NCBI GenBank assembly: GCA_965221955.1
Contig: CBDCTA010000029.1
Location: 160,001 to 224,000 of the forward strand
DNA from: Gammaproteobacteria bacterium
GTDB taxonomy: Bacteria; Pseudomonadota; Gammaproteobacteria; UBA4575
DNA: 64,000 nucleotides
Reading direction: 5' to 3'
In this document: positions 19,410 to 30,397 of the stretch, piece after piece
How the letters are laid out: every line of letters begins with the position of its first letter
How positions within the stretch are numbered: position 1 is the stretch's first letter
Made by a program: the position numbers and the translations under genes
The notes under the pieces: generated by a model
What the model saw: the letters and a program-made list of their open reading frames with translations, nothing else
What the model was told of the DNA's origin: nothing
Database searches by the model: none

Positions 19410-22400
19410 GTGGTTCTTGCTGAGTTTGCGGTAAAAAATAAAGTTGTAACGTACTTTGCAGCGTTTATCATTTTAGTTGCAGGTATTGCTAGCTTTTTTA
19501 AGCTAGGACAATTAGAAGATCCTGATTTTTCTATCAAAGTTGCGGTTATCTCCACTGCATATCCTGGCGCAAGTCCTGAAGAAGTAGAGAAAGAAGTCAC
19601 AGACCGAATTGAACTGGCGATACAACAGCTCGAACAAATTGATTTCATCGAATCCAAATCGACCGCTGGATTATCGATTGTATTTGCAAACGTACAAGAA
19701 AAATATTGGGCGGATCGTTTACCTCAAGTATGGGATGAATTGCGTAGAAAAGTTCGTGACGTCGAAGCGTATCTACCACCTGGAGCACAAAAACCTAATG
19801 TAAATGATGATTTTGGAGATGTGTATGGACACTTGCTTGCGATTGTCGGTGACGGCTTTAATTATGCCGAAATGGAAAAGTATGCCAAGGAGTTAAAGAA
19901 AGAATTAAGCCTCGTTGAAGGGGTCGCACGCGTAGATTTATGGGGGGTTCAAGAAAAAGTTATTTACCTTGATGCCTCAGAATCACAACTTGCCTCACTT
20001 GGAATAAGTGATGAAAGTTTAGAGAATACTTTGAGATTGCAAAACGAGGTCGTGGATGCAGGAAATGTAAATGTTCAAAATAGACGCTTACGAATTGCGC
20101 CTACAGGTGAATTTCAAACACCGGAAGACATTGCCGATTTAATCATTCAACCTTCTACACTTGATTTACTGCAAAATTCTTCAAGTAATAACGTTTCTCA
20201 GCAATCAACTGAACTCATTCGAATTCAGGATATTGGTACGGTTCGAAGAGGATATCGAGAACCTGCAACTCAACAGATGAGATTTAATGGTGAACCCGCA
20301 ATTGGATTGGCTATCAGCAATCAACCAGGCGTAAATGTAGTCGAAATGGGTAGAGCGGTTGCTACGCGATTACAAGAATTAAATAAACAATTACCTATTG
20401 GTATTGAAGTTAAGCGTGTGCACTGGCAAGGAGATGTGGTTGCTGAAGCAGTAAATGGATTTCTTATAAATTTTGTAGAGGCCGTTCTTATTGTATTAGT
20501 TGTGCTCACAGTAGGGATGGGATGGCGGCTAGCATTTATTATAGGAGTTGCTCTAGTCGCTACTATTCTTGGTAGTTTTGTTTTAATGGCATTGTTCAAC
20601 ATTGATTTACAACGCATGTCTTTGGGTGCATTAATAATCGCGTTGGGTATGATGGTGGATAACGCCATTGTTGTAGCGGATGGATTTGTCACTCGGTTAC
20701 AACGAGGTATGGATCGGGCTAAAGCTGCAATTGAAGCCGCTGCTCAACCTGCTATGCCTTTACTTGGTGCAACAATTGTTGCAGTAATGGCTTTTTATCC
20801 AATCTTTTCCTCTGTGGAAAGTGCTGGGGAATATTGCCGTACCTTATTTACCGTAGTTGCAATATCTTTATTAGTGAGTTGGATTATTTCAATGACACTC
20901 ACGCCTTTGCAATGTATCGATATGTTGCCTGCACCAAAAAATGGTGTTAATAGTGAAGATCCTTATTCAAGCGGTTTATTTCTAAAATTCAGAAGAATAT
21001 TAGAAAAAGCAATTCGTTTTCGTTTTTTTACGATTATTGCGATGGTAGGTTTGCTCGTAATCGCAATCATTGGGTTTGGGAATGTTAAACAATTATTTTT
21101 TCCAGATTCATCAATGGAGAAATTTATAATTGATTATTGGGCGCCGCAAGGTTCAAGAATTTCTCAAACCTCAAATGACCTAAAAAATATTGAAACAAAA
21201 TTACTCAAAGACGAACGTATCGCCGCAGTAACAAGTTTCATTGGATCAGGTCCACCCCGTTTTTACTTACCGGTAGAGTCCGAGCAGCCCAATCCTGCTT
21301 ATGGTCAATTAATCATCAATGTACATGACTTTAAAGATATTGATGATTTAGTTGCAGAGTACGATCGCTATTTATCCTCTGCATATCCTGAAGCTGTCAT
21401 GCCGGTACGCAAGTTTGGTGTGGGGCCATCAAATACTTGGCGATTTCAATTACGTATAAGTGGGCCAAGTGATGCGAGCTCAGAAAAATTACGCAGCATT
21501 TCAGATCATGTAGAACAGATAATAGAAAATTCTCCTGTAGGAGGTTTGCATCAGACAGATTGGCGGCAACGTATTCAGAAGGTCGTCCCAAGTTATAATG
21601 AAGAGCGAGGCAGATACGCAGGAATTCAGCGCGATGATATCGCTCGTGCAACCAAGCGAGCTTATGATGGCCGCCGTGTAGGGTTATATCGTGAAGATGA
21701 TGACCTCATTCCTATTATTCTTCGTCATGTTGAAGAAGATCGAAGAAATGTTAGTGGTCTTGATGTTTTACAAATACAACCAGCAAATAGTACTCAAACA
21801 ATCCCTCTATCGCAGGTAACCAATGGTGTAAAAGTAGAATGGGAAGACCCCATTATTTGGCGGCGTGATCGTAGTAGAACGATTACTGTGCAAGCAAATC
21901 CTATTTATGGTGAAAGTTTAGTGAACTTAACCTCGTTTATAAAAAATGAAATCAATTCTATTCAGCTTCCGCCTGGCTATAAAATTGAATGGGGTGGTGA
22001 GCTAGAAGACTCCACCGATGCACAAGCCTCGCTTATTCCAGGTGTTATTCCAGCGGTAGCAATTATGTTATTTATCGTGGTTGCATTGTTTAATGCATTT
22101 CGCCCACCAGTCATTATATTTTTAACGATTCCATTTGTAGTGATTGGTATGACTATAGGTCTATTATCAACTGGTGCAGCGTTTGGTTTTGTTGCCTTAT
22201 TGGGTGCAATGAGCTTGTCAGGCATGATGATTAAAAATGCTGTGGTGTTGCTCGATCAAGTAAAAATCAATGTGGAAGAAGGCATGAATCAATATGAAGC
22301 AGTTATTCAGGCTGCACTTTCTCGTTTACGCCCCGTTGTACTAGCTGCGGCAACCACCGTATTAGGTGTTATCCCACTGATTCAAGATGTATTTTGGATT

Positions 22401-22520
22401 GGTCTGGCTGTAACGGTAATGGCAGGGCTTACCTTCGGTACTCTTTTAACTATGATACTTGTACCTGTTTTCTATGCAACTTTTTATAAAGTGCCTGCAC
22501 CAAAAAGTAGCTTAGTGTAA
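19410..22520 (+). CDS. RND efflux permease (AcrB/D/F family)
   Basis: EDPDF, YPGASPEEVE, ALGMMVDNAIVV, RLRPV. Confidence 0.95.
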   Translation: MVLAEFAVKNKVVTYFAAFIILVAGIASFFKLGQLEDPDFSIKVAVISTAYPGASPEEVEKEVTDRIELAIQQLEQIDFIESKSTAGLSIVFANVQEKYWADRLPQVWDELRRKVRDVEAYLPPGAQKPNVNDDFGDVYGHLLAIVGDGFNYAEMEKYAKELKKELSLVEGVARVDLWGVQEKVIYLDASESQLASLGISDESLENTLRLQNEVVDAGNVNVQNRRLRIAPTGEFQTPEDIADLIIQPSTLDLLQNSSSNNVSQQSTELIRIQDIGTVRRGYREPATQQMRFNGEPAIGLAISNQPGVNVVEMGRAVATRLQELNKQLPIGIEVKRVHWQGDVVAEAVNGFLINFVEAVLIVLVVLTVGMGWRLAFIIGVALVATILGSFVLMALFNIDLQRMSLGALIIALGMMVDNAIVVADGFVTRLQRGMDRAKAAIEAAAQPAMPLLGATIVAVMAFYPIFSSVESAGEYCRTLFTVVAISLLVSWIISMTLTPLQCIDMLPAPKNGVNSEDPYSSGLFLKFRRILEKAIRFRFFTIIAMVGLLVIAIIGFGNVKQLFFPDSSMEKFIIDYWAPQGSRISQTSNDLKNIETKLLKDERIAAVTSFIGSGPPRFYLPVESEQPNPAYGQLIINVHDFKDIDDLVAEYDRYLSSAYPEAVMPVRKFGVGPSNTWRFQLRISGPSDASSEKLRSISDHVEQIIENSPVGGLHQTDWRQRIQKVVPSYNEERGRYAGIQRDDIARATKRAYDGRRVGLYREDDDLIPIILRHVEEDRRNVSGLDVLQIQPANSTQTIPLSQVTNGVKVEWEDPIIWRRDRSRTITVQANPIYGESLVNLTSFIKNEINSIQLPPGYKIEWGGELEDSTDAQASLIPGVIPAVAIMLFIVVALFNAFRPPVIIFLTIPFVVIGMTIGLLSTGAAFGFVALLGAMSLSGMMIKNAVVLLDQVKINVEEGMNQYEAVIQAALSRLRPVVLAAATTVLGVIPLIQDVFWIGLAVTVMAGLTFGTLLTMILVPVFYATFYKVPAPKSSLV

Positions 22521-22657
22521 TGCTTGGTAGGGCGGTTTTTTTCTGTGATCATTGAACGCCTTATAAGTTTTAAGCAAACTCTATTTGTAATCCTAAAACG
22601 AATCAAAATACAGACCTATAGCATTTAATCTAATGCTTGATACATTAGAATTGAATC

Positions 22658-23182
22658 ATGGACGATATTCCTCCAGAAGATCAAAACAAGCAGATTGGCA
22701 AAGGCATGATCATTATTGCCTGGATTTTGATTTTTGGTATGTTTGTGTGGTTTTTTGGAATATTAGAAACCAATAAACGCAATCCAAACCAGAATGTCAG
22801 TACTAAAATTTCTGATAATGGTAAAAAAGAGATCGTGTTAAAAAGCAGTAGTTATGGTCACTATGTAGCTACAGGAAAAATCAATAATCAAAAAGTCACT
22901 TTTCTAGTGGATACCGGTGCAAGTTATGTCTCAATCCCTGAAGGTGTTGCAACTAAATTGAACTTGAAAAAAGGTGCACCTTTTCTTGTATCAACTGCAA
23001 ACGGAACGGTTACAGTCTATGCAACAAAAATAGATGAAATCAGCATAGGTGAGATTAGGCTCCACGATATTAAAGCAGATATTAACCCACACATGGAAGG
23101 TGAAGAAATTCTATTGGGCATGTCTTTTTTGAGAAATTTATCTTATACCCACGAAGGTGAGCAACTCACTATTTGGCAGTAA
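22658..23182 (+). CDS. Retropepsin-like aspartic protease (TIGR02281)
   Basis: FLVDTGAS, TANG, LLGMSFL. Confidence 0.92.
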   Translation: MDDIPPEDQNKQIGKGMIIIAWILIFGMFVWFFGILETNKRNPNQNVSTKISDNGKKEIVLKSSSYGHYVATGKINNQKVTFLVDTGASYVSIPEGVATKLNLKKGAPFLVSTANGTVTVYATKIDEISIGEIRLHDIKADINPHMEGEEILLGMSFLRNLSYTHEGEQLTIWQ

Positions 23183-23269
23183 AAACCACTTCTTTTTATT
23201 TGCTAAATCTTCATTGTTTAGTTGACTAGATCATTTATATTTTGTTGAATTCCTCCGGATTTAGCTATT

Positions 23270-23305
23270 TATGAAAACGATTATTATAGTAATAATAATT
23301 CAATT
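23270..23305 (+). promoter_or_regulatory. Possible Fur/PerR-type operator upstream of dps
   Basis: tatgaaaacgattattata and taataataattcaatt loosely resemble Fur hexamer arrays; the AT-rich background weakens this. Confidence 0.3.
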
Positions 23306-23364
23306 TACATAAAATAACCGATAGCGCATATTTACTCCTATACAGATTTTTAAGGAGTTTAGCT

Positions 23365-23835
23365 ATGAGCACAATAGACATTGGTATTGAAGAACAAGAT
23401 AGGCAAAAAGTCGCAGAAGGACTTAAGCATTTGCTTGCTGATTCGTATACTTTATATCTACAAACACATAACTTTCATTGGAATGTAACCGGTCCTCAAT
23501 TTACTGAATTGCATGTCATGTTTGAACAGCATTACACAGAATTGGCTACAGCTGTAGATGAAATTGCAGAAAGAATTCGCACTCTTGATGTGGCAGCGCC
23601 TGGTACGTATAAAGAGTTTGCAGCATTAAGTAGCATTAGCGAAGTTGACGGTGTGCCTGCTGCGAAGCAAATGGTTGAGTTGTTAAAAAATGCACATGAA
23701 AAAGTAGTTAAAACCTGCCGTAAGGTGATAGCGGTTGCCCAGCAAGCAAATGATGAATCTACACTTGCTCTAGTATCTGATCGTATGCGAATTCATGAGA
23801 AAACGGCATGGATGCTACGTGCGATTAACACGTAG
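23365..23835 (+). CDS. dps: Dps family ferritin-like protein
   Basis: [31 protein letters not shown]. Confidence 0.95.
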   Translation: MSTIDIGIEEQDRQKVAEGLKHLLADSYTLYLQTHNFHWNVTGPQFTELHVMFEQHYTELATAVDEIAERIRTLDVAAPGTYKEFAALSSISEVDGVPAAKQMVELLKNAHEKVVKTCRKVIAVAQQANDESTLALVSDRMRIHEKTAWMLRAINT

Positions 23836-23851
23836 CATTCAGGTTAGAAAA

Positions 23852-25114
23852 TTAAATTTGAAATTCAGTATTGAGAATTTTGGGTACTTGAATATTTTTT
23901 AGCTGAATATATCGGGGTAGACCTGCTCGATAAGGCGGATAGGCCTCGCCTTTAATAAGAGGGGCAAGGTAGGTGCGACAGCGTTGTGTAATTCCAAATC
24001 CGTCTTTTGAGATGTAATTACGTGGCATCATCTTTTCTACATTCGCAACTTTTGCTAATGAAGTGCTACCAATTTTCCATCGATAAGGTTTATTAGATGT
24101 ACGCACGATAATAGGCATGATTGCAGTTTTACCTTGTAAGGCAAATTGTACTGCGGCTTTACCCATTGCGTAAGCATGATCTACATCGGTTTTCGAGGCA
24201 ATATGACGTGCGGCGCGTTGTAAGTAATCGGCAACGGCCCAGTGATATTTATAACCGTGTTCTTGTTTAACCATATCCGCAATTACAGGTGCAACGCCAC
24301 CCAATTGCTTATGCCCAAAAGCATCCACACTGCCCGCATCGGCTAAAAATGTACCATCTTCATAACGGGCACCTTCGGAAACACAAATTACACAAAAACC
24401 ATAATCGTCTACGCATTGTTTAACACGTTTTAAAAAGGCTTTTTGATCAAATGCAATTTCTGGAAAAAGAATAATATGTGGCGCATCGCCTTTTTGTTCT
24501 GCAGCTAGACCGCTGGATGCAGCGATCCACCCCGCGTGGCGGCCCATTACTTCCATGACGAATACTTTTGTCGAGGTTTCAGCCATAGACTTGACATCAA
24601 AAGCGGCTTCCTTAATGGATACCGCAACATATTTTGCGACTGATCCAAATCCAGGACAGTTATCTGTAATTGGCAAATCGTTATCCACCGTTTTAGGAAT
24701 CCCAATACATTGGATCGGATAACCCATTTTTTTACTTAATTGCGAGACTTTATGGGAGGTATCTTGCGAATCCCCTCCACCATTGTAGAAGAAGTAACCA
24801 ATATTGTGCGCTTTAAAGACATCGATCAGTCTTTCATATTGTGCACGGTTCTCTTCAATGCTTTTTAGCTTATATCGACAAGACCCAAATGCACCGGAAG
24901 GAGTGTGCTTTAGAGCTGCGATTGCACTTGCAGATTCTTTAGAGGTATCAATGAGATCTTCGGTTAGTGCGCCGATAATTCCATTTCTACCTGCATAAAC
25001 TTTGCCTATTTTATTTTTATGTTTACGTGCGGTTTCGATGACACCACACGCAGTGGCATTGATGACAGCAGTTACACCGCCGGACTGTGCATAAAATGCA
25101 TTACGTTTTTCCAT
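23852..25114 (-). CDS. pfp: 6-phosphofructokinase, probably PPi-dependent
   Basis: QSGG, GGGDS (Asp where ATP-type enzymes have Gly), PKTVDND, MGR. Confidence 0.85.
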   Translation of the reverse strand: MEKRNAFYAQSGGVTAVINATACGVIETARKHKNKIGKVYAGRNGIIGALTEDLIDTSKESASAIAALKHTPSGAFGSCRYKLKSIEENRAQYERLIDVFKAHNIGYFFYNGGGDSQDTSHKVSQLSKKMGYPIQCIGIPKTVDNDLPITDNCPGFGSVAKYVAVSIKEAAFDVKSMAETSTKVFVMEVMGRHAGWIAASSGLAAEQKGDAPHIILFPEIAFDQKAFLKRVKQCVDDYGFCVICVSEGARYEDGTFLADAGSVDAFGHKQLGGVAPVIADMVKQEHGYKYHWAVADYLQRAARHIASKTDVDHAYAMGKAAVQFALQGKTAIMPIIVRTSNKPYRWKIGSTSLAKVANVEKMMPRNYISKDGFGITQRCRTYLAPLIKGEAYPPYRAGLPRYIQLKNIQVPKILNTEFQI

Positions 25115-25263
25115 GATTTGTATTCTATAAAGTTATTGTTAAGAATTAATTTCTTATGGGCTCATCAATTATTCATTCACTCGTTTAGCTAATTAGAGTA
25201 GTAGGCGCAGTCTTTTTTCTCGATTATGGTGTTCTAAGGAATTTACTAAATGGAGCGATTATT

Positions 25264-25917
25264 ATGCGAGTAATCTTATTAGGTGGACCGGGTGCAGGTA
25301 AAGGCACTCGTGCTAAATTCATTGAAGAATTGTTTAACATTCCACAAATTTCAACTGGAGATATGCTCAGAGCGGCAGTTAAAGCCGGCACTCCTTTAGG
25401 ACTCGAGGCTAAAAAAGTGATGGAATCTGGTGGGTTGGTGTCCGATGAAATTATTTTGGGTTTAGTGAAAGACCGCGTCGCTGAAAGCGACTGCGCGAGC
25501 GGATATATATTTGATGGCTTTCCGCGCACACTTGCTCAGGCAGAGAGCTTGAAGAAGCAAGGTGTAGAAATTGATTATATTGTAGAAATTGATGTGTGTG
25601 ATGAAGAGGTCCTGAGACGCTTGACAGGACGTCGTGTACATCCTGGCTCAGGTAGGACGTATCATATTATTTTCAATCCACCTGAAGTTGAAGGTAAGGA
25701 TGATGAAACAGGTGAAGACTTAATTCAAAGAGACGATGATAAAGAAAAGACTGTGAAGGAACGCTTGAAAGTCTATCACGATCAAACAGAGCCACTTATT
25801 AACTATTACAAAACTTGGTCAAGCAGCGGTGAAAGTGATGCGCCTAAATATAGGAAGATTGGTGGCGTCGATACAGTAGATGAAATCCGCGATCAAATTA
25901 AACAAGCACTAAGTTGA
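25264..25917 (+). CDS. adk: Adenylate kinase
   Basis: [25 protein letters not shown] domain. Confidence 0.97.
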   Translation: MRVILLGGPGAGKGTRAKFIEELFNIPQISTGDMLRAAVKAGTPLGLEAKKVMESGGLVSDEIILGLVKDRVAESDCASGYIFDGFPRTLAQAESLKKQGVEIDYIVEIDVCDEEVLRRLTGRRVHPGSGRTYHIIFNPPEVEGKDDETGEDLIQRDDDKEKTVKERLKVYHDQTEPLINYYKTWSSSGESDAPKYRKIGGVDTVDEIRDQIKQALS

Positions 25918-25936
25918 ACGTTATCAAACTTCTAAT

Positions 25937-26272
25937 TTGAAGATTATCCTCGCCATAGCTGCCTTGTTTGCAGTGGTATGGTATTGGCAAGATAGTCTTC
26001 GCAGTCGTGAGTTTACGCTTAAGCACTGCCGCCGTTTATGTAAGGAACATAATGTTCAGTTTCTAGATCAAACCGTGCATGTAGCACGAGTACGCATCGC
26101 AAAAAATCAGAGACATCATTTTTTCTTGCGTAGATTTTACGCTTTTGAGTTCAGTATTGGTGGTGTTGATCGACACAACGGTGTGGCTGTGGTCTCAAAA
26201 GAAAAAATTGAATACCTTTCTTTATTGCATCCAGATGGTGAAATTATTGAAGGCAGTCCGCCTGTAGATTAA
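25937..26272 (+). CDS. DUF3301-like membrane-anchored protein
   Basis: W.D.LR.RE...C.....VQFLDQTV...Y.FEFS..G..R. Confidence 0.8.
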   Translation: MKIILAIAALFAVVWYWQDSLRSREFTLKHCRRLCKEHNVQFLDQTVHVARVRIAKNQRHHFFLRRFYAFEFSIGGVDRHNGVAVVSKEKIEYLSLLHPDGEIIEGSPPVD

Positions 26273-26329
26273 TAAAATAATACCTATAGTTTTGGTGTGT
26301 GCAAAAACTTAATATGTATATATATAAAA

Positions 26330-26887
26330 TCAAGCTCTAAATTTTTCTACATTCCAATGTTTCGAATTTGCGTGTATACATAAACAGGAAACGCCATGTT
26401 TTTGTATACGTGTTTCGCCAGCTGCACCAGGATTAAGTACCCATGGATCTTCGTTTTGGTCACACACAAGACGATGACTATGACCATATACGATAGCTTT
26501 AGCCGCAGGGAAGCAAGCACGTAGTTTTTTGTGCCACATATCATATTCCGAATAGTATTCGTCTCCGTGGGTAATTGTGATGTTACCTCCAGGCAAATTG
26601 ATTTCGGCAATTTGTGGAATTTTCTCTAATTCATTATGTTCCGTGCTTTCCCATTGCCAAGTAGTATCATTATTTCCACAAACGGATACGACGTCATCGC
26701 AAATTTCATTGAGTTGTTCAATAACATTTAAACAACCAATATCACCAGCATGCAGAATTAAATTGCTGCCATTTAAATGATTAATAATAGACGGATTGAT
26801 ATAGCAATGTGTGTCGGATAACACGCCAACTTTCATATCGTCTGCGTTGCTAAAATCAAATTGTTGCTTGTCTAACAGTTTATTCAT
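26330..26887 (-). CDS. YfcE-type metallophosphoesterase
   Basis: SDTH, HAGD, GNND, HG, GHSH, NPG. Confidence 0.9.
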   Translation of the reverse strand: MNKLLDKQQFDFSNADDMKVGVLSDTHCYINPSIINHLNGSNLILHAGDIGCLNVIEQLNEICDDVVSVCGNNDTTWQWESTEHNELEKIPQIAEINLPGGNITITHGDEYYSEYDMWHKKLRACFPAAKAIVYGHSHRLVCDQNEDPWVLNPGAAGETRIQKHGVSCLCIHANSKHWNVEKFRA

Positions 26888-26948
26888 GATAAGACTTTAG
26901 ACGATTCTGAAGGCAGTCAGCAATATTGCAATGCAGATATAGAATAGA

Positions 26949-27734
26949 CTAGTTCCTGATCCAACCAATTTCGACAGCTGTTTTTTCGCCTACTACACAG
27001 GATTTAAGACTACTTGCCATTCTCGATAGCTGAGAAGTTTCTGCAATGGTGCCAGCCATGATTTCAGCGCGTCGTTGCGGATAAACAGGCTTTCGATTGG
27101 GTTCAGCTAAACCATCGGGTGGGATAGGATTACCTGCCACATCATATTTATCAACTGCGCCTACGGTATGTAGCAGTTCGTGCGCAATCACAATATTATT
27201 TTGTTTAGCTTGCGTATGACTTGCAAATGCATGCACGATACCTAATAAACCTTTTTGTAGACCTAAAGAATGCTCAAGCTTTTGATTAGGTATGTCTTCA
27301 TGGTAGAGAACAAAAATACGTATACGATGTTTATTAGATTTATCGTCAGGAGTATTTTGCATTGCCCACCAGCGTAATTTCATACTCCATAATGCGATGG
27401 TTATAGGATTGGCATCAGCTTTTGGAGGTTTTGGGGGTAGAGCGCTTACTGCTTTTCCCAAAGTGGTAGAGGTGGGAGTAGAACTAACCACGTCATATTT
27501 TTTACTTTCTCGTTTTATAAATTCATCAATATCTGAAAAATTTTTAGTGCTAAGTTTTTTAATATATTGATCAACCTTGTTATTGGAGTCAGCATTGATT
27601 GGAAATATCACAACTTCCAGCGGTTTGTACCAGCCTTGAGTAACTAAACGCTGGTCCTGGGTGTATAACAAGACCGCAGCCAATAAGAAAATTAATAGTA
27701 AGATTCTGAAATTTTTAAAAGTAAATATGCGCAT
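26949..27734 (-). CDS. Hypothetical protein with a zincin-like HExxH motif
   Basis: N-terminal TM; AHELLHTVGAVDKY. Confidence 0.75.
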   Translation of the reverse strand: MRIFTFKNFRILLLIFLLAAVLLYTQDQRLVTQGWYKPLEVVIFPINADSNNKVDQYIKKLSTKNFSDIDEFIKRESKKYDVVSSTPTSTTLGKAVSALPPKPPKADANPITIALWSMKLRWWAMQNTPDDKSNKHRIRIFVLYHEDIPNQKLEHSLGLQKGLLGIVHAFASHTQAKQNNIVIAHELLHTVGAVDKYDVAGNPIPPDGLAEPNRKPVYPQRRAEIMAGTIAETSQLSRMASSLKSCVVGEKTAVEIGWIRN

Positions 27735-27822
27735 TCGTAAAGCATAAGATTTATACTTGTAAGCTCAATTAAACTTAGATTATCGGTTATAAATCAGAGC
27801 CATTTGGTAGCTACTGTATGTC

Positions 27823-28890
27823 ATGACACATCAAGTTAACCTTAAATCTGGAAAATACAAATTCATGGCTGATGAACATGAATCGATATTAGATGCTGCA
27901 ATTCGTGCAGGTGTTCCGTTGAATTACGGGTGCAGTAATGGAAATTGTGGTTTGTGTAAAGCAAAGATAGTGTCAGGAAAAACTTTGCAGCTACGCAAGC
28001 ACGATTTTGTGATAGGTGACGCTGATAAAATTCAGGGTCACGCGTTAATGTGTTCGACAACCTGTCAAAGTGATCTGGTAATTGAGGCTGAGGTTGCAGC
28101 AACTGCAAGTGATATCCCAATACAAGAGCTTCGCGTCAAAGTACGTAAAATTGACCGTATTAGTGATGATTTGGTGATCATTACCTTGCAAGTACCTAGA
28201 AGTATGCGATTGCGTTTTATGGCAGGCCAATATATGCGCGTTTATGATGATCAACAACGCTCACATGAGTATGCGATTGCTAGTTGCCCATGCGATGAAA
28301 AACGTATTGAATTTCATGTTCGTAAGCTTGAAGAGGATACTTTTTCTCACATGGTCTTTAAGCAACTCAGTGTGGGTGATTGGTTAAATTTACAAGGTCC
28401 ATATGGCGACTTTGTAGTTGATGACAGTAGTGATGTTCCCATTGTAATGATTGCATTTGATACTGGGTTTGCAGCAATAAAAAGCTTATTAGAACATGTT
28501 ACTGCACAAGAAAAAGAGCGAGCCATTTTTCTATACTGGCTAGCTTGTGGGGCAGAGGGTTTGTATTTAAATAATTTGTGTCGTTCTTGGGCGGACGCAC
28601 TAGATGAATTGCATTATATTCCTTTGCACATAGACAGGAATGTTGATCAATTATTAGATAGCGAATACGAAGGTCTAGGTATTATTGAAGATAAGCTTGT
28701 CTCGTCATTACATCATATACAGAGCTTACAAAATGCAGAGGTCTTTCTAGTATCGCCCGAACCGATTTCTAAGCTGGTTAAGCAAATGCTTATGGCAGAA
28801 GGATTTCAATCCAGCCACATTCATCATGAAATCATTCGTGGTAATCCAAATTTACAATGCATTCATCCATCGGGTGTAGTTTATGATTGA
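27823..28890 (+). CDS. 2Fe-2S ferredoxin fused to an FAD/NAD reductase-like domain
   Basis: C-x4-C-x2-C...C, AGQY, GPYG; NAD motifs degenerate (FDTGF, VSPEP). Confidence 0.87.
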   Translation: MTHQVNLKSGKYKFMADEHESILDAAIRAGVPLNYGCSNGNCGLCKAKIVSGKTLQLRKHDFVIGDADKIQGHALMCSTTCQSDLVIEAEVAATASDIPIQELRVKVRKIDRISDDLVIITLQVPRSMRLRFMAGQYMRVYDDQQRSHEYAIASCPCDEKRIEFHVRKLEEDTFSHMVFKQLSVGDWLNLQGPYGDFVVDDSSDVPIVMIAFDTGFAAIKSLLEHVTAQEKERAIFLYWLACGAEGLYLNNLCRSWADALDELHYIPLHIDRNVDQLLDSEYEGLGIIEDKLVSSLHHIQSLQNAEVFLVSPEPISKLVKQMLMAEGFQSSHIHHEIIRGNPNLQCIHPSGVVYD

Positions 28891-29305
28891 CTGCAAATGT
28901 AGTTTTGTCGCAACACTAATAACTGAAGATTATGCTTGTGAAAAAGCACAATTAGTCACGCGGCGTGCAGGTCCTGACATTGCTTGTACTTCTGAAGCAG
29001 GAAGTCAATGTTGTGTGCAACTCTATAATCAGTTTAAGGCGGTTAGTTTACCTGCATTTGGTGCGGAAGATGATTTATTAAAAACTCCTGCCAGTGTTTA
29101 CAATAAAATTCAGTACGGTGGTTTACTAGCCTTAAAAAAGGCAGTTGTAATGGATGATAATACGCAAGATAGGAAAGTAGATAATATTTTTGACTTAGTC
29201 CAGCACGCAGAGATAAAGTTTAAAAGCATAGAGAATATTCCATTTGATCAATTTGTAGAGAATATGAAAGAATTCAAAATTAAGAGAAAGAAATCGAAAA
29301 GATAA
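28883..29305 (+). CDS. Cys-rich hypothetical protein
   Basis: Overlaps the upstream stop codon; 6 Cys in the first 45 aa. Confidence 0.75.
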   Translation: MIDCKCSFVATLITEDYACEKAQLVTRRAGPDIACTSEAGSQCCVQLYNQFKAVSLPAFGAEDDLLKTPASVYNKIQYGGLLALKKAVVMDDNTQDRKVDNIFDLVQHAEIKFKSIENIPFDQFVENMKEFKIKRKKSKR

Positions 29306-29314
29306 TTACTATAG

Positions 29315-30178
29315 GTGGGATGTTATATGGCATATCAAACAATTATTTCCGTTGATGAATTAAATAAAAATATAAACAATCCAGACTGGATTATTTTTGA
29401 CTGTAGATTTTCTCTCAAAGATCCTACCTATGGGCTGAATAATTATAATCAAGGACATATATCAGGTGCACAGTTTGCAGATATGGATAAAAATTTATCC
29501 TCTGCAATGACTTCAGCATCAGGTCGTCATCCATTACCTGATCCAGCTGTGTTTATCGATAAGTTGCAAAGTTGGGGGGTTAATAATTCTTCACAAATTA
29601 TTTGTTATGACGATGTGTCGGGTGCTTATGCTGCACGTATGTGGTGGTTGCTAAAATGGCTAGGGCATAATGATGTTGCAGTGTTAGATGGAGGAGTTAA
29701 CAAGTGGACAGAGAGCGGTTTAAAGCTTGAAACAGAAACACAAACTAAGCCTAAAGGTGCCTTTAGTGGTCAAGCAAATAATGACATGTGGGTTGATATA
29801 GATTTTGTACAACAACAATTAGAGCAAAATAAAATTAGTTTGTTAGATGCACGTACAAGCGAAAGATTTAATGCACAGGATTCCAAAACAGATCCTATTC
29901 CGGGTCATGTGCCAGGTGCACTTAGTTTTCCGTTTGCAGGGAATCTAAACAAACAGGGCTTGTTTTTATCAGCAGATGAGTTGAAACAGCGTTTTGAAAA
30001 TACGTTTGCTGAACAAGAAAAAAAAGAAGTAATCAATATGTGTGGTTCTGGCGTAACAGCATGTCATAATCTGTTAGCAATGAGTATTGCAGGCTTGCCC
30101 ATGTCGCGTTTATATGTGGGTTCTTGGAGTGAATGGATTAAAGAAAAAAGCCGACCAGTGGCTACTGGTGAACACTGA
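29315..30178 (+). CDS. sseA: Two-domain sulfurtransferase (3-mercaptopyruvate sulfurtransferase type)
   Basis: GHISGA, GRHPLP, CGSGVTAC, YVGSWSEW. Confidence 0.9.
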   Translation: MGCYMAYQTIISVDELNKNINNPDWIIFDCRFSLKDPTYGLNNYNQGHISGAQFADMDKNLSSAMTSASGRHPLPDPAVFIDKLQSWGVNNSSQIICYDDVSGAYAARMWWLLKWLGHNDVAVLDGGVNKWTESGLKLETETQTKPKGAFSGQANNDMWVDIDFVQQQLEQNKISLLDARTSERFNAQDSKTDPIPGHVPGALSFPFAGNLNKQGLFLSADELKQRFENTFAEQEKKEVINMCGSGVTACHNLLAMSIAGLPMSRLYVGSWSEWIKEKSRPVATGEH

Positions 30179-30397
30179 TATTTTTTTGTTAAAAATGCGA
30201 TATCGCATTGAAATATAGTCACTTTAACGACTTTATCGCATTAGTTATCCCGTCTGTGAGCTAAATTCTAGAGATCCCTCACAAAGCAAACTACTATTTT
30301 AAGGGTATATATAAGAGTTCAGCATAAGAGTCTGTGTTGGATTGTTTTATACACTCTTAACAAATAGGCAAATAATATCTCTCAAGCAAGCTCCAAT

